Assembly: GCA_943787795.1 (NCBI GenBank)
Contig: CALSNU010000001.1
Coordinates: forward strand, 896,001-960,000
Origin: an uncultured bacterium
GTDB taxonomy: Bacteria > Planctomycetota > UBA1135 > GCA-002686595
Direction of reading: 5' to 3'
DNA length: 64,000 bases
Under the pieces are notes generated by a model, which saw nothing but the letters and a program-made list of their open reading frames with translations, was not told where the DNA came from and did no database searches. A program made the position numbers and the translations under genes. Positions 54,732 to 64,000 of the stretch are shown here, piece by piece (the first letter of the stretch is position 1; each line of letters starts with the position of its first letter).

Positions 54732-57700
54732 TCACGCATCCCGCGGGCTCGCCAGCGCCGGCCGCGGCGGCTCACCGCCGGCGCGCCCTGGCTTCCGAGC
54801 GAAGGACCGTCGGCCCAGCCAGCCCAGGGTGAGGGCGAGGTCGTCGATCACCGTATAGGCGAGGGGGACGACCCAGAGGGTGAAGAAGGTGCAGATCGCG
54901 AGGCCGCCTGCCACGCAGGTGGCCAGGGCTCTGTAGTCGATGCCCTGGGGCGGCGCCTCTCCAAGCGCCATGGGCATGAGGCCGACCACGGTGGTGAGGG
55001 CGGTCATCACGATGGGGCGGACCCGAGCGCCTGCGCCCTCGATGACCGCGTCTTGCCGGCTGTAGCGCTCGTCGATCCGGAGGCGGTGGATCTTGTCGAT
55101 GAGGACGATGCCGTTGTTCACGACCACGCCCACCAAGATGATGATCCCGATCCACCCGATGGAGTCCATCGGGGTACCAGAGACAAACAGGGTCCAGAAG
55201 GCGCCGAGGACGGCGAAGGGGATCGTGGTGAGCACGCTGAGGGGCAGCAAGAGCGACTCGAACAGGATCCCCATGAGCAGGAAGACCAGCACGATCGAGA
55301 GGAGCATGGCGTTCTGCAGGTCGCGCATCTCCTGCATGCCCTGCACCACCACGCTGGTGTCTCGCCCGAGCTCGTAGCCGCGGGGGAGGTCCATGCCCTC
55401 CAGCGCCGCGTAGCCGGCGCGGACGAGCTCGGACTGGCGCGCGGGGTCCGACAGCCGCGCGGTGATGGCCTCGTTGATCTGGCCGTTCTTGCGAGAGATT
55501 CTCGAGGGAGCCGGCTGGAAGCGGACGTCGGTGAACGTCGCGAGCGCGACCTCCCCCTGGCTTCCCCAGATCGACAGGTCGCGCAGGGTGTCGAGGCCTG
55601 CGGAGACCGTGTCGTCGTACTCGATGAGCATCGGGACCTCGCGATCCTGTTCCTGGAAGCGGGGGAGCTGCGCTCCCCGCAGGGCCCAGGAGACGTTCTG
55701 CAGCGCGGACCTCGAGGAGACCCCGTATGAGAAGGCGGTGTCGCCGTCGACGTCCAGGAGGAGCTGGTCGGGCGCGTCCTCACTCGTCACCGAGACGTCC
55801 TCCAGCCCCGGGACGCGCTCGAGCACGGCGATGGCCTCCGCCGAGAGCTCGCGCAGGCGGTCCGGGTCCGGCCCGCGGAGCTCGAAGCTCACGAACTGCT
55901 TCGAGGAGTCACTGACCTCCGCCTTGTCGCGGAAGTACACGCGGTGTCCGGCTTGTCGGGGCAGCTCCCGTCGGATCTGCGTCCGGTAGAGGTCGAGCTG
56001 GTCCGGCGCGATCCGCTCGGGCCACCGCATCTCGACCTCGCCGCCCCCCGGATCGAAGCGGGCGATGACGTTCCGGAAGCCGAACTCGTCCTTGTAGCCA
56101 TTGACGAACTCCTCGTAGGAGGCGATCTCATCGCTGGCCTCCCGGAGGGTGAAGTTGTCCTCGAGGTCCACCCAGAAGGAGAGCTTGCTTGTGTCCTCGT
56201 CCTCTCCGAAGGCCGTGACCGTCGTGTTCCCCCAGGGGATCACGATCGACATGAGCGCGGCGAGGGAGAGCAGGCCAGCCTGCCAGCGGTGCGCGAGGGT
56301 CCAGGTGAGCAGGGAACGGTTGGCCGCCTGGGCCCAGGCGACGATGGAGGTGCCGCCTGGCACGAAGCGCTCGGGCCGGGCGGGCGGTCGTTGACCCCTC
56401 CGCTGGAGCGCGGGGACGACCGCGAGGAGCAGGAGCAGCGCCAGGCCGCAGGCGGCGAGCGCCGGGATCGCGGCGCCCACGAGCGTGCCGCTCATGCGCG
56501 CGGGGACGTCGAGGGCGGCGAGCCGCTCCCCGGCAGCGACGGCGTCGCTGGAGCCGGAGAAGCGGAGGTAGGCGAGGTAGGCGGCGCCCACGGCCAGCGG
56601 CCAGCGCAGGGGGCTCGCCACCACCCGGAGCACGGGCCGCTCGACGGCGTGGAGCGCGCGCAGGACCCCATACCAGACCACCCGCACGGCGCCCACCGCG
56701 AAGGCCAGGAGGCGGGTGGGGAGGGCCGCGACGGGTGCCGCCACGGCGCTGAGGCGCTCTGCCCAGGCCGGTCGGTCGCCGAGCGCGCGGGCCGAGGCCG
56801 TGGGGATGAAGACGAGGGCGATCAGCAGGCTGAAGATCAGCGAGGCGCAGAGGGGCACGCCCATGGCCTGGAGCATGATGCTGATGCGCTGGCCGCCCAT
56901 GAAGATCAGCGGGAGGAACACGACCACCGAGGTCATGGTCGCCAGGCCGACGGCGAGGCCAACGTCCCGGGCGCCGAGGACCGCGGCGCTGTGCGGCGAC
57001 CTCCCAAGGTCGCGCTGGCGGGCGATGCTCTCGATGACCACCACCGCGTTGTCCACGAGCATCCCGATCCCGAGGGTCAGGCCCGTCATGGACAGGACGT
57101 TGAAGGACCCCCCGCGCGCCGCCTCGAAGGCGATGGCGAGCAGCGCGGAGACCGGGATGCAGAGGGCCACGCAGAGGGTCATGCGGGCCCGGCGGAGGAA
57201 CATGAACAGGACCAGGATCGCGAGCCCGCCCCCCTGTACGGCCGTGCTCTCGAGGCGCTCGATGGAGCCCTCGATGAAGTCCGCCTGGTTGAAGAAGACG
57301 GTGGTCGAGATCTTCCCCGAGACCCGCGGGTCTTCCTGGATCTCGGCCATCTTGGCCTCAAGGGCGCGCCCGACCTCCACCACGTTGGCGTTGCCCTCCT
57401 TCTGGACGAGGCCGTAGTAGGCGTAGCCGCCGTCGATCCGCGTGATCTGGTCACGCACGGAGTTCACGCGCTCGACGGTGGCGATGTCCTTGATGCGCAG
57501 GCCCGGGCGGACCGGGTACTCGCGGATGTCATCGAGGTCCTTGAAGCGCATGTCAGAGCGCAGCAAGAAGTCCTTCCCGCCCTCGCTGACCTCGCCGAGG
57601 GGCTCGGCGAAGTTGTCGGACGCGAGGCCGCTGATCAACCCGGAGATGTCGAGCCGCGCCGCGGCGACCTTGTCCTCGTCGAGGAAGACCCGGATCGAGT

Positions 57701-58262
57701 CGTCCAGGAGCCCGAAGATGTTGACGCGGCTCACCCCGTCCACGGCCTCCAGGCCCTTCTGGACGTACTTGTCCACGAGGACCGCCGCGTTGTCGGAGCG
57801 CTCCTCGGCCACGGCGGCGAACCACATGATCGGGAGGTCGCCGTCGTCACTCGCCCAGATCCAGACCTGCTCGACCGTCTCGGGGAGGTCGGGCCGCGCC
57901 CGCTCGATCCGGTCACGGAGCTCGGCCTTGGCGAGCTCGGTCTCGGCCTCGCCGTTGAACTTGACCCTGAAGCGCACCTGATCGTTGGACGAGCTCGACG
58001 AGATCTCGTCGATGCCAGGCAGGGTCCGGAACTGCTCCTCGAGCACCCGGGCCACCTTGTCCACGTTCTCCTGCGCGTTGGCGCCGGGGTTGGGCACGAA
58101 GATCGTGAAGCGTGTCCCCGAGAGGCCCCCGGGGAACAGCTGCAGGGGGATCCGGCCGTAAGCGATCACGCCCATCAGCACGAGGGTGACGAAGAGCACC
58201 CCCATGGCGATGGGGCGCGAGACGGTGAGGCCAAAGAAGCCCTTCTGCTCACGACGAATCAT
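54732..58262 (-). CDS. RND efflux permease (AcrB family), second subunit
   Basis: GIGMLVDNAVVV, GVVVNNGIVLID, RVRPIVMT; start may be 58334. Confidence 0.92.
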   Translation of the reverse strand: MIRREQKGFFGLTVSRPIAMGVLFVTLVLMGVIAYGRIPLQLFPGGLSGTRFTIFVPNPGANAQENVDKVARVLEEQFRTLPGIDEISSSSSNDQVRFRVKFNGEAETELAKAELRDRIERARPDLPETVEQVWIWASDDGDLPIMWFAAVAEERSDNAAVLVDKYVQKGLEAVDGVSRVNIFGLLDDSIRVFLDEDKVAAARLDISGLISGLASDNFAEPLGEVSEGGKDFLLRSDMRFKDLDDIREYPVRPGLRIKDIATVERVNSVRDQITRIDGGYAYYGLVQKEGNANVVEVGRALEAKMAEIQEDPRVSGKISTTVFFNQADFIEGSIERLESTAVQGGGLAILVLFMFLRRARMTLCVALCIPVSALLAIAFEAARGGSFNVLSMTGLTLGIGMLVDNAVVVIESIARQRDLGRSPHSAAVLGARDVGLAVGLATMTSVVVFLPLIFMGGQRISIMLQAMGVPLCASLIFSLLIALVFIPTASARALGDRPAWAERLSAVAAPVAALPTRLLAFAVGAVRVVWYGVLRALHAVERPVLRVVASPLRWPLAVGAAYLAYLRFSGSSDAVAAGERLAALDVPARMSGTLVGAAIPALAACGLALLLLLAVVPALQRRGQRPPARPERFVPGGTSIVAWAQAANRSLLTWTLAHRWQAGLLSLAALMSIVIPWGNTTVTAFGEDEDTSKLSFWVDLEDNFTLREASDEIASYEEFVNGYKDEFGFRNVIARFDPGGGEVEMRWPERIAPDQLDLYRTQIRRELPRQAGHRVYFRDKAEVSDSSKQFVSFELRGPDPDRLRELSAEAIAVLERVPGLEDVSVTSEDAPDQLLLDVDGDTAFSYGVSSRSALQNVSWALRGAQLPRFQEQDREVPMLIEYDDTVSAGLDTLRDLSIWGSQGEVALATFTDVRFQPAPSRISRKNGQINEAITARLSDPARQSELVRAGYAALEGMDLPRGYELGRDTSVVVQGMQEMRDLQNAMLLSIVLVFLLMGILFESLLLPLSVLTTIPFAVLGAFWTLFVSGTPMDSIGWIGIIILVGVVVNNGIVLIDKIHRLRIDERYSRQDAVIEGAGARVRPIVMTALTTVVGLMPMALGEAPPQGIDYRALATCVAGGLAICTFFTLWVVPLAYTVIDDLALTLGWLGRRSFARKPGRAGGEPPRPALASPRDA

Positions 58263-58299
58263 GGCTGCTGGAGGTGGGTCATGGCTCGGTGCGCGGGGC

Positions 58300-61200
58300 T
58301 CAGCTCGCGGGGGTCGCGTCCACGGCGCGGTCACGGATGAGCAGGCGATACATGACGGGGATGACGAAGAGCGTCAGCAGGGTGGAGCTCACGAGGCCGC
58401 CAATGACCGCGATGGCCATCGGCGCGCGGAGCTCTGCGCCGGCGCTCCCGATGAACTGTTCGAGCCCGGGGAGGCCGACGAGCCATCCCGTGAGGGGCAC
58501 GAGCCCCAGCACGGTGGTGGCGGTGGTCATGAGGATCGGGCGAAGGCGGGCGCGCCCCGCCTCGAGGATCGCGTCGGCCACGGGCATCCCGTCCGCGCGC
58601 TTCTGATTGATGCGATCCACCAGCACGATCGCGTTGTTCACGACGATCCCGGCCAGCAGGATGAGACCGATGAACACGACCACAGAGAGCGGTACGGAGA
58701 GGGCCTGGAGCATCAGCACCGCGCCGACTCCGGCGAGGGGCACACTCAGGAGGATGACGAAGGGCTGAACCAGGGACTCGAACTGGCAGGCCATCACCAC
58801 GTAGACGAGGAAGATCGCGAGCAGCAAGGCGAACGCCAGGCTGCGGGTCCCCTCGTCGAGCTCCCGCTTCTGGCCGCCGAGCCCGATGGAGACCTCCCGC
58901 GGCGGGGTCAGTTGGTTGAGCGCCTCCTGGACGCGGGCGTTCAGGCCGCCCACGTCCTCCCCGGTGCTCGCAGCGGTGACGACCACCGCGCGCTGCCCAC
59001 CGATCCTGCGGATCTCGGCGGGGCCCTGGGTGCGCTCGATGGAGGCCACGGCCGAGAGGGGGACGGGCTCCGTCGCGGTCGGGTTCACGATGAGCTCGGA
59101 GACATCATCCAGGGACGCGAGGATGCGCTCGTCGCCGCGGACGCGCACGTCGATGCGGTCGTCGCCCTCGATGAAGCGGGTCGAGACCGACCCGAGCACC
59201 TGGTCACGCACGAACCCCGAGACCTGAGCGAGGTCGAGATCGTAGGCCAGGGTCTTGTCCCGGTCGAAGGTCACCAGAGCCTCGGGGTATCCGGGGCGGA
59301 CGGTGGTGCGGATGTCGGTGAGTCCCGGGATCTGCTCGAGTCGTTCGGCCACCTCGTTGGCGGCCACCTCCAGGTCGCCGAGGTCCCACCCCTTGATCTC
59401 CACCGAGACCGGCGCGTCGAGGGCGAAGGGAGTGGGGCGGCGGACGTCGACGACCTCCATCTCGGGCTCGACCCCGACGAGGGCTCGCACCCTTGAGATC
59501 ATGCGCTCCTCCTCCGCCGGCCCGAGGTCGGGGTGCAGGCGGACGGTCAGCCTCGCGGTGTGCTCTCCTTCGATTTCACGGGTCAGCGTGTCGGCCTCGA
59601 CGCCGACGGTCAGCGAGGTGACGTTGACTTGCTCGAGCTGTCGGACCTGCCCCTCGAGCCGCGAGTAGACGGCCTCCGAGTCCTCGATCGGGGTGCCGAT
59701 CGGCAGGGACAGGAACGCGGTGAACTCCGACTGGTGGACCTCGGGGAGGAGCTCCAGCCCGAGGGACTTGGCTCGCTCGGTGGCGAACCAGCCCAGAGCG
59801 CCGGTGCCCAGGAGCACCAGGAGCGGGGCGGCGAGCGCCGCCTTGAGCGCCCTCGGGTAGACCGAGGAGACCGCGCGCCAGGCCAGGTCAAAGGTGACGC
59901 GCACCGGGAACGTCACCACGAACAGGATCGCGCCGACCGCGACGCCCAGGCCGCGCAGGGCCCGGAGCGTGACGAAGAGGATCATGAGCACCAGCCCGGC
60001 CAGCGCCCCCGCGGCGCGTTCGCCGATCGTCGCGTCCGGCCGCCGCGGGAAGAACTCACGTAGGGTGCTCGGGCCGCGGCGCCGGTCGGCATCGGTGAGC
60101 TCGACCTTGACGCCCGCCAGGGCCTTGCGTGAGGCCAGCATCGGGATGAAGAGCAGCGCGACCAGGAGCGACACCAGCAGGGCCGACACCACCGTCACCG
60201 CCTGGTCACCGAAGATCTGGCCTGCGATACCGCTCACGAACACGATGGGGGCGAAGACCGAGACGGTGGTCAGGGTTGACGCGGTGATGGCCCCCGCGAC
60301 CTCCGTGACGCCGCGGACCGCGGCGCGAGAGAGGGGGTCGCCCTCCTCACGGCAGCGCGCGATGGACTCGATCACCACGATGGCGTTATCCACGAGCATG
60401 CCAACGCCGAGGGCGAGGCCGCCGAGGGACATGATGTTCAAGGACACGTCGAGCAGGAACATCGGCGCGAACGTCACGAGGACCGAGATCGGGATCGCGA
60501 GGGCGATGATCAGGGTCTGGGTGACCTTGCGCAGGAAGAGCCACATCACGATCACGGCGAAGAGGGCGCCCAGGATCGCCGACTGCTTCACCTCGTCGAC
60601 GGCATCAGCGATGAAGGTGGACTGGTCGGAGAGCAGCTCGATGGCGGCCTCATCCCGGAGGTTCCAGCCCACGAAGTTGAGCTTGCTGCGGTCGAGCCAC
60701 GCGATGTCCTCGACGCGCTTCCCGGCGCTGCGGCTGGCGACCTCGACCTGCTCGTCGGTGCCAAGGACCGCCTCGCGAACGCGCCGCGAGACCTCGACGA
60801 TGTTGGCGCCGGCCTCGCGGTAGATGGCCACCTCGACGGCCTCGCGCCCGTTGAGCTGGGTGACCACCTCGCGCTCCGCGTGGGTGCGGTCCACGGTGGC
60901 GATGTCGCGCACGCGAACCACCGCGTTCCCGACGCGGGCGATCGCGAGCTCGCGGATCTCGTCGACGTCCTGGAACTCGTTGAGCGTCCGGACGAGGTAG
61001 ACGGTGGAGCCCTCGCGGATCTGGCCTCCCGAGGCGTTCAGATTCTCCTGGGCGAGGCGCTGGCCGATGAGCGCGGGGTCCAGGTCGAGGGCAGCCATTC
61101 GGAAGGGGTCGACCCGGACGCGGATCTCTTCCTCCATGCCACCGCGGACCTGGACCGCAGCGACCCCGCGGAGCCCCTCGAGGTCACGCTTGATCCGGTT

Positions 61201-61749
61201 CTCCGCGAGCCAGCGGAGGCGAATCAACGTCTCCTCATCGGAGCCCGCGCGGCCCTCGGGGGGCGCGACGCCGAAGCGTAGGATGGGGTCGAGGTTCGGG
61301 TCGTAGCGGAGGATGAGCGGCTTCTCGGCCTCGGCCGGCAGGAAGACGCCGTCGAGCCGGTCGCGCACCTCTTGGACCGCGAACGTCATCTGCGTGCCCC
61401 AGTCGAACTCCAGCAGCACGTCGCTCGTCCCGGCGCGGCTGATGGAGGTGGTCTCCACCAGGTTCGGGAGCGTGGCGAGCGCCTCCTGGAGGCGGGTTGA
61501 GAGGCGGTCTTCGATGTCCTCCGGTGCGGCGCCGGGATACGACGTCCGCACGGTGAGCGTCGGATAGCTGATCTCTGGCAGCAGGTCCACCGGGAGCTTC
61601 GCGAACGAGACGACGCCGAAGACGCCCAGCGCGATCATCAGCATGGAGATCGCCACGGGCCGAGTCGCCACGAAGGCCAGGGCACCCTCGGTGGCCCGAG
61701 CCGCACCCTCGGTCCGGGCTTCGGATCCGGTGGAGTCCTCAGGCATCAT
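58300..61749 (-). CDS. RND efflux permease (AcrB family), first subunit
   Basis: RPVAISM, YPGAAPEDIE, GMLVDNAIVV, GIVVNNAIVLVD, RLRPILMT. Confidence 0.93.
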   Translation of the reverse strand: MMPEDSTGSEARTEGAARATEGALAFVATRPVAISMLMIALGVFGVVSFAKLPVDLLPEISYPTLTVRTSYPGAAPEDIEDRLSTRLQEALATLPNLVETTSISRAGTSDVLLEFDWGTQMTFAVQEVRDRLDGVFLPAEAEKPLILRYDPNLDPILRFGVAPPEGRAGSDEETLIRLRWLAENRIKRDLEGLRGVAAVQVRGGMEEEIRVRVDPFRMAALDLDPALIGQRLAQENLNASGGQIREGSTVYLVRTLNEFQDVDEIRELAIARVGNAVVRVRDIATVDRTHAEREVVTQLNGREAVEVAIYREAGANIVEVSRRVREAVLGTDEQVEVASRSAGKRVEDIAWLDRSKLNFVGWNLRDEAAIELLSDQSTFIADAVDEVKQSAILGALFAVIVMWLFLRKVTQTLIIALAIPISVLVTFAPMFLLDVSLNIMSLGGLALGVGMLVDNAIVVIESIARCREEGDPLSRAAVRGVTEVAGAITASTLTTVSVFAPIVFVSGIAGQIFGDQAVTVVSALLVSLLVALLFIPMLASRKALAGVKVELTDADRRRGPSTLREFFPRRPDATIGERAAGALAGLVLMILFVTLRALRGLGVAVGAILFVVTFPVRVTFDLAWRAVSSVYPRALKAALAAPLLVLLGTGALGWFATERAKSLGLELLPEVHQSEFTAFLSLPIGTPIEDSEAVYSRLEGQVRQLEQVNVTSLTVGVEADTLTREIEGEHTARLTVRLHPDLGPAEEERMISRVRALVGVEPEMEVVDVRRPTPFALDAPVSVEIKGWDLGDLEVAANEVAERLEQIPGLTDIRTTVRPGYPEALVTFDRDKTLAYDLDLAQVSGFVRDQVLGSVSTRFIEGDDRIDVRVRGDERILASLDDVSELIVNPTATEPVPLSAVASIERTQGPAEIRRIGGQRAVVVTAASTGEDVGGLNARVQEALNQLTPPREVSIGLGGQKRELDEGTRSLAFALLLAIFLVYVVMACQFESLVQPFVILLSVPLAGVGAVLMLQALSVPLSVVVFIGLILLAGIVVNNAIVLVDRINQKRADGMPVADAILEAGRARLRPILMTTATTVLGLVPLTGWLVGLPGLEQFIGSAGAELRAPMAIAVIGGLVSSTLLTLFVIPVMYRLLIRDRAVDATPAS

Positions 61750-63175
61750 CGGACGGCTCGCCCCCGTCGCTCGCGGCTGAGGCGGCGCCCGTCGAGCCGC
61801 CAGATCCAGCCCACGGGAAGGGATCCACCGTGTCCCCATCCTCGAGGTCACGGTTGCCGACGACGGCGATCTGGTCACCGGCCGAGAGCGTCTCTCCGGT
61901 CGCCGGGATCACCTCGACGTGGTCGTCCTCGGCGAACCCTTCGCTCACCGCCACGCGGCGGACGGTGGTCCCGTCCACCACGAAGATCCAGAGGGCATCC
62001 CCTTCGCGGAGCAGGCCGCGCTTGGGGATGACCAAGGCGTCTGCATGACGCTCCGTCACGATGCGGATGCGTAGCAGCATGCCCGGTAGAACCGGAGGGC
62101 GGTCGTCCCCGCTCTCGGGCTGGTCCACGCCGATGGTGACGCGAAACTGGCCCGACGCGGGGTCGATGGTCGGGCTCACGAACTGAATCCGCCCGGAGTA
62201 GGTCTGGCCGGGCAGCGCCTCGGGCGCGATCTCGATGTCGAGCGCCGGCTCCTCGTTGGTCTTGTTGGCGAGCCGCGCCCGCTGTTCTGCGCGGCGGAAG
62301 AAGACGAGCTCTCGCTGGGATCGAGAGACCACGGCGCGGACGTTGACGGGGTCGGTGAGGGTGAACGCTGCCGAGGCAGTCGACGCGAGGTCGCCCACGC
62401 GAACCGTCCGGCTGGCGATGACCCCCTCGAAGGGAGCCTCGACGGATGCGAACGAGCGGTTGAGCTCGGCCTTGCTGACCTGCAGCGCCGCGCGCTCGAT
62501 GGCGATCGCCTGGCTCGTCAGGGCGGCCTCTGCCTTGGCCTCGGCGATCTTCGCAGCGTCACGGTCGGCCCGGTTCGTCGCCACGGTCAGGCGCAGCTGG
62601 TCCAGCTCGTTGCGGGAGATGATGCCCTCGCCAGCCCCCTCCTTGCGTTCGAGCTCACGGGTCGACTGGTCGAACCTCAGCTGCGCGCTCTCCAGCCGGG
62701 CCTTGGCCTCGTCCACGGAGAGCTCGAGGTTGCGCTTGCCGTCCTCGGCCTCGCGGAGCGCGATACGGGCCTCGCTCAGGGCCGCCTCCAGCTCCCTGGG
62801 GTCGAGCTCCATGAGGGGAGCGCCGGCGGAGACGGCGTCACCTTCCTCCACGCCCACGGAGGTCACCACGCCCGAGATACGCGGGAAGACCTGGATCTGC
62901 TGCTCCGACTCGGCGTTGACCGTTGTCGAGAGCGCTCGAACCATCTCGCGCTGGACCAGCGGTGCGGTCAGGACCTTGGGGGCGGTGGCTCGCTCAAGAC
63001 CCTCGAAGGTGCCCGCTGCGTCACCTGGCGTCGCTCCCGCTCCGGCTTCAACGCTGCATGCGCACAGCAGCGAGAGAAACGCGAGAGGAGCCATGAGGCG
63101 GCCTCCGGGCCCGGGCCTCTGGCTCACTCTGTCTGCGCGGAGACGCGGGGGGGAGGGCTGGTTGCGTTCGATCAT
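61739..63175 (-). CDS. RND periplasmic adaptor (membrane fusion protein), probable lipoprotein
   Basis: LLCAC lipobox, VEEGDAV, helical hairpin, APFEGVI, PTIDPASG, LPGM; start 63175 or 63094. Confidence 0.9.
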   Translation of the reverse strand: MIERNQPSPPRLRADRVSQRPGPGGRLMAPLAFLSLLCACSVEAGAGATPGDAAGTFEGLERATAPKVLTAPLVQREMVRALSTTVNAESEQQIQVFPRISGVVTSVGVEEGDAVSAGAPLMELDPRELEAALSEARIALREAEDGKRNLELSVDEAKARLESAQLRFDQSTRELERKEGAGEGIISRNELDQLRLTVATNRADRDAAKIAEAKAEAALTSQAIAIERAALQVSKAELNRSFASVEAPFEGVIASRTVRVGDLASTASAAFTLTDPVNVRAVVSRSQRELVFFRRAEQRARLANKTNEEPALDIEIAPEALPGQTYSGRIQFVSPTIDPASGQFRVTIGVDQPESGDDRPPVLPGMLLRIRIVTERHADALVIPKRGLLREGDALWIFVVDGTTVRRVAVSEGFAEDDHVEVIPATGETLSAGDQIAVVGNRDLEDGDTVDPFPWAGSGGSTGAASAASDGGEPSDDA

Positions 63176-63443
63176 GGGGGAGGCGCCGTGGGTGTCGGGC
63201 GCCTTGGGTGCCGGGGACCCGGGGAGATATCTCTCGGGCTGAGGGCGTCCGTTCCGAAGTCCGTAGACTCCGTCCGTCAGCGTCGGTGGCTGAGGTCCGG
63301 ATTCCTGGGAGACCTTCGTCGTGTTGAGCGCAGGCTTGCGCGGCACCAGTTTCCGCGCTGGCGAACCCGGGGCCTCCTCTCCTGGTCGAAAAACGTCTGT
63401 AATGCGCTCCCCAGCCCTATCCCGGCGCCCCCCCCCGCAAAGA

Positions 63444-64000
63444 ATGAGAACGCCCCTCCAAGCCCGCGCCAGGTTCCTTTGGACGCTCGCGACCTGGGCC
63501 CTGATCGGCCTGGCCCAGCCGGGTGTCCTGCGGCCGGACGGGTTCGGCCACCTGGCGTTCTTCGCCGTGGGCCCCTGGGCGCTGGCGGCTCGGCGCCCCG
63601 GGGGGCGCGCCTTCCTCGCCGAGTGGGCGGCTCACTCCGTGGGGCTCGCGGGGGTGTTCGCGTGGATGCTCGCGTTCTTCCCACCGCTGCTGGTGCCCAT
63701 GGCGGTGATCCCCGCCCTCTATCCCGCCCTGGGCGGCCTGGCGCTGAGGCGCGCGCCGGCCTGGCCGCTGGCCCTCCTCGCCCCGGCGGCGTGGATGCTG
63801 GCCGAGGTGGTGCGGTGGATGCTGCCGGTGCCCCTGTCCTTTGGCTGGTTTCGACTCGGCTTCCTGATGCACGACACCGAGTGGCTCGTGGGGTCCGCGG
63901 CGTGGTTCGGTACCTGGGGTCTGACCTGGGGCATGGCCGCGCTCGGCGGTCTCGCGGGGGACGTCGCGCTGGCGCTGGTCCGTCCGGCGGGCACTCCGTC
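63444..64000 (+). CDS. lnt: Apolipoprotein N-acyltransferase, N-terminal part (runs off window)
   Basis: Read manually; not in the ORF track. MRTPLQ... multi-TM with WMLAEVVR...FGWFRLG...AAWFGTWGLT, matching the Lnt N-terminal pattern. Confidence 0.7.
   Translation, partial: MRTPLQARARFLWTLATWALIGLAQPGVLRPDGFGHLAFFAVGPWALAARRPGGRAFLAEWAAHSVGLAGVFAWMLAFFPPLLVPMAVIPALYPALGGLALRRAPAWPLALLAPAAWMLAEVVRWMLPVPLSFGWFRLGFLMHDTEWLVGSAAWFGTWGLTWGMAALGGLAGDVALALVRPAGTP

Overview
This is a high-GC (roughly 70% by eye) bacterial chromosomal segment, most consistent with a Planctomycetota genome. The clues are the ribH-nusB-ftsY order, a cytoplasmic Hanks kinase, BMC vertex genes with a class II aldolase, and many signal-peptide/LamG/TPR proteins. 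I found no rRNA, tRNA, CRISPR array, transposase or integrase. From left to right it holds: secreted hydrolase and di-heme peroxidase genes; a satellite microcompartment locus (three BMC-P genes plus an aldolase); a phosphate module (metallophosphoesterase, NptA, PhoU); prfC; a small leader ORF followed by sulP; and a D2-only Clp ATPase. That ATPase is divergent from a ~27 kb co-oriented run: Ser/Thr kinase, double CxxCxxCC protein, TPR-peptidase, radC, FHA-membrane protein, PilM(N), PilO-like, TPR, GspG, then H-, K-, J- and I-like pseudopilins, a Zn-finger protein, PpiC, scpB and a SurA-like protein. After that come a two-component system, an O-antigen-ligase/TPR protein, ftsY-nusB-ribH, a paired RND pump and the start of lnt. 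The best candidate for a new system is the type II secretion/type IV filament-like cluster. It has a 1744-aa GspK-like protein built from repeated beta-modules, sits beside a kinase/FHA pair, and has no ATPase, platform or secretin gene in the window. Other notable signals are TANNNT boxes 6-8 nt before many start codons (leaderless mRNAs), a RAPG-containing leader peptide, two candidate structured RNAs and many short tandem repeats. Clustered 1-bp indels in three genes are probably sequencing errors. All family calls come from motif recognition; no database searches were run.
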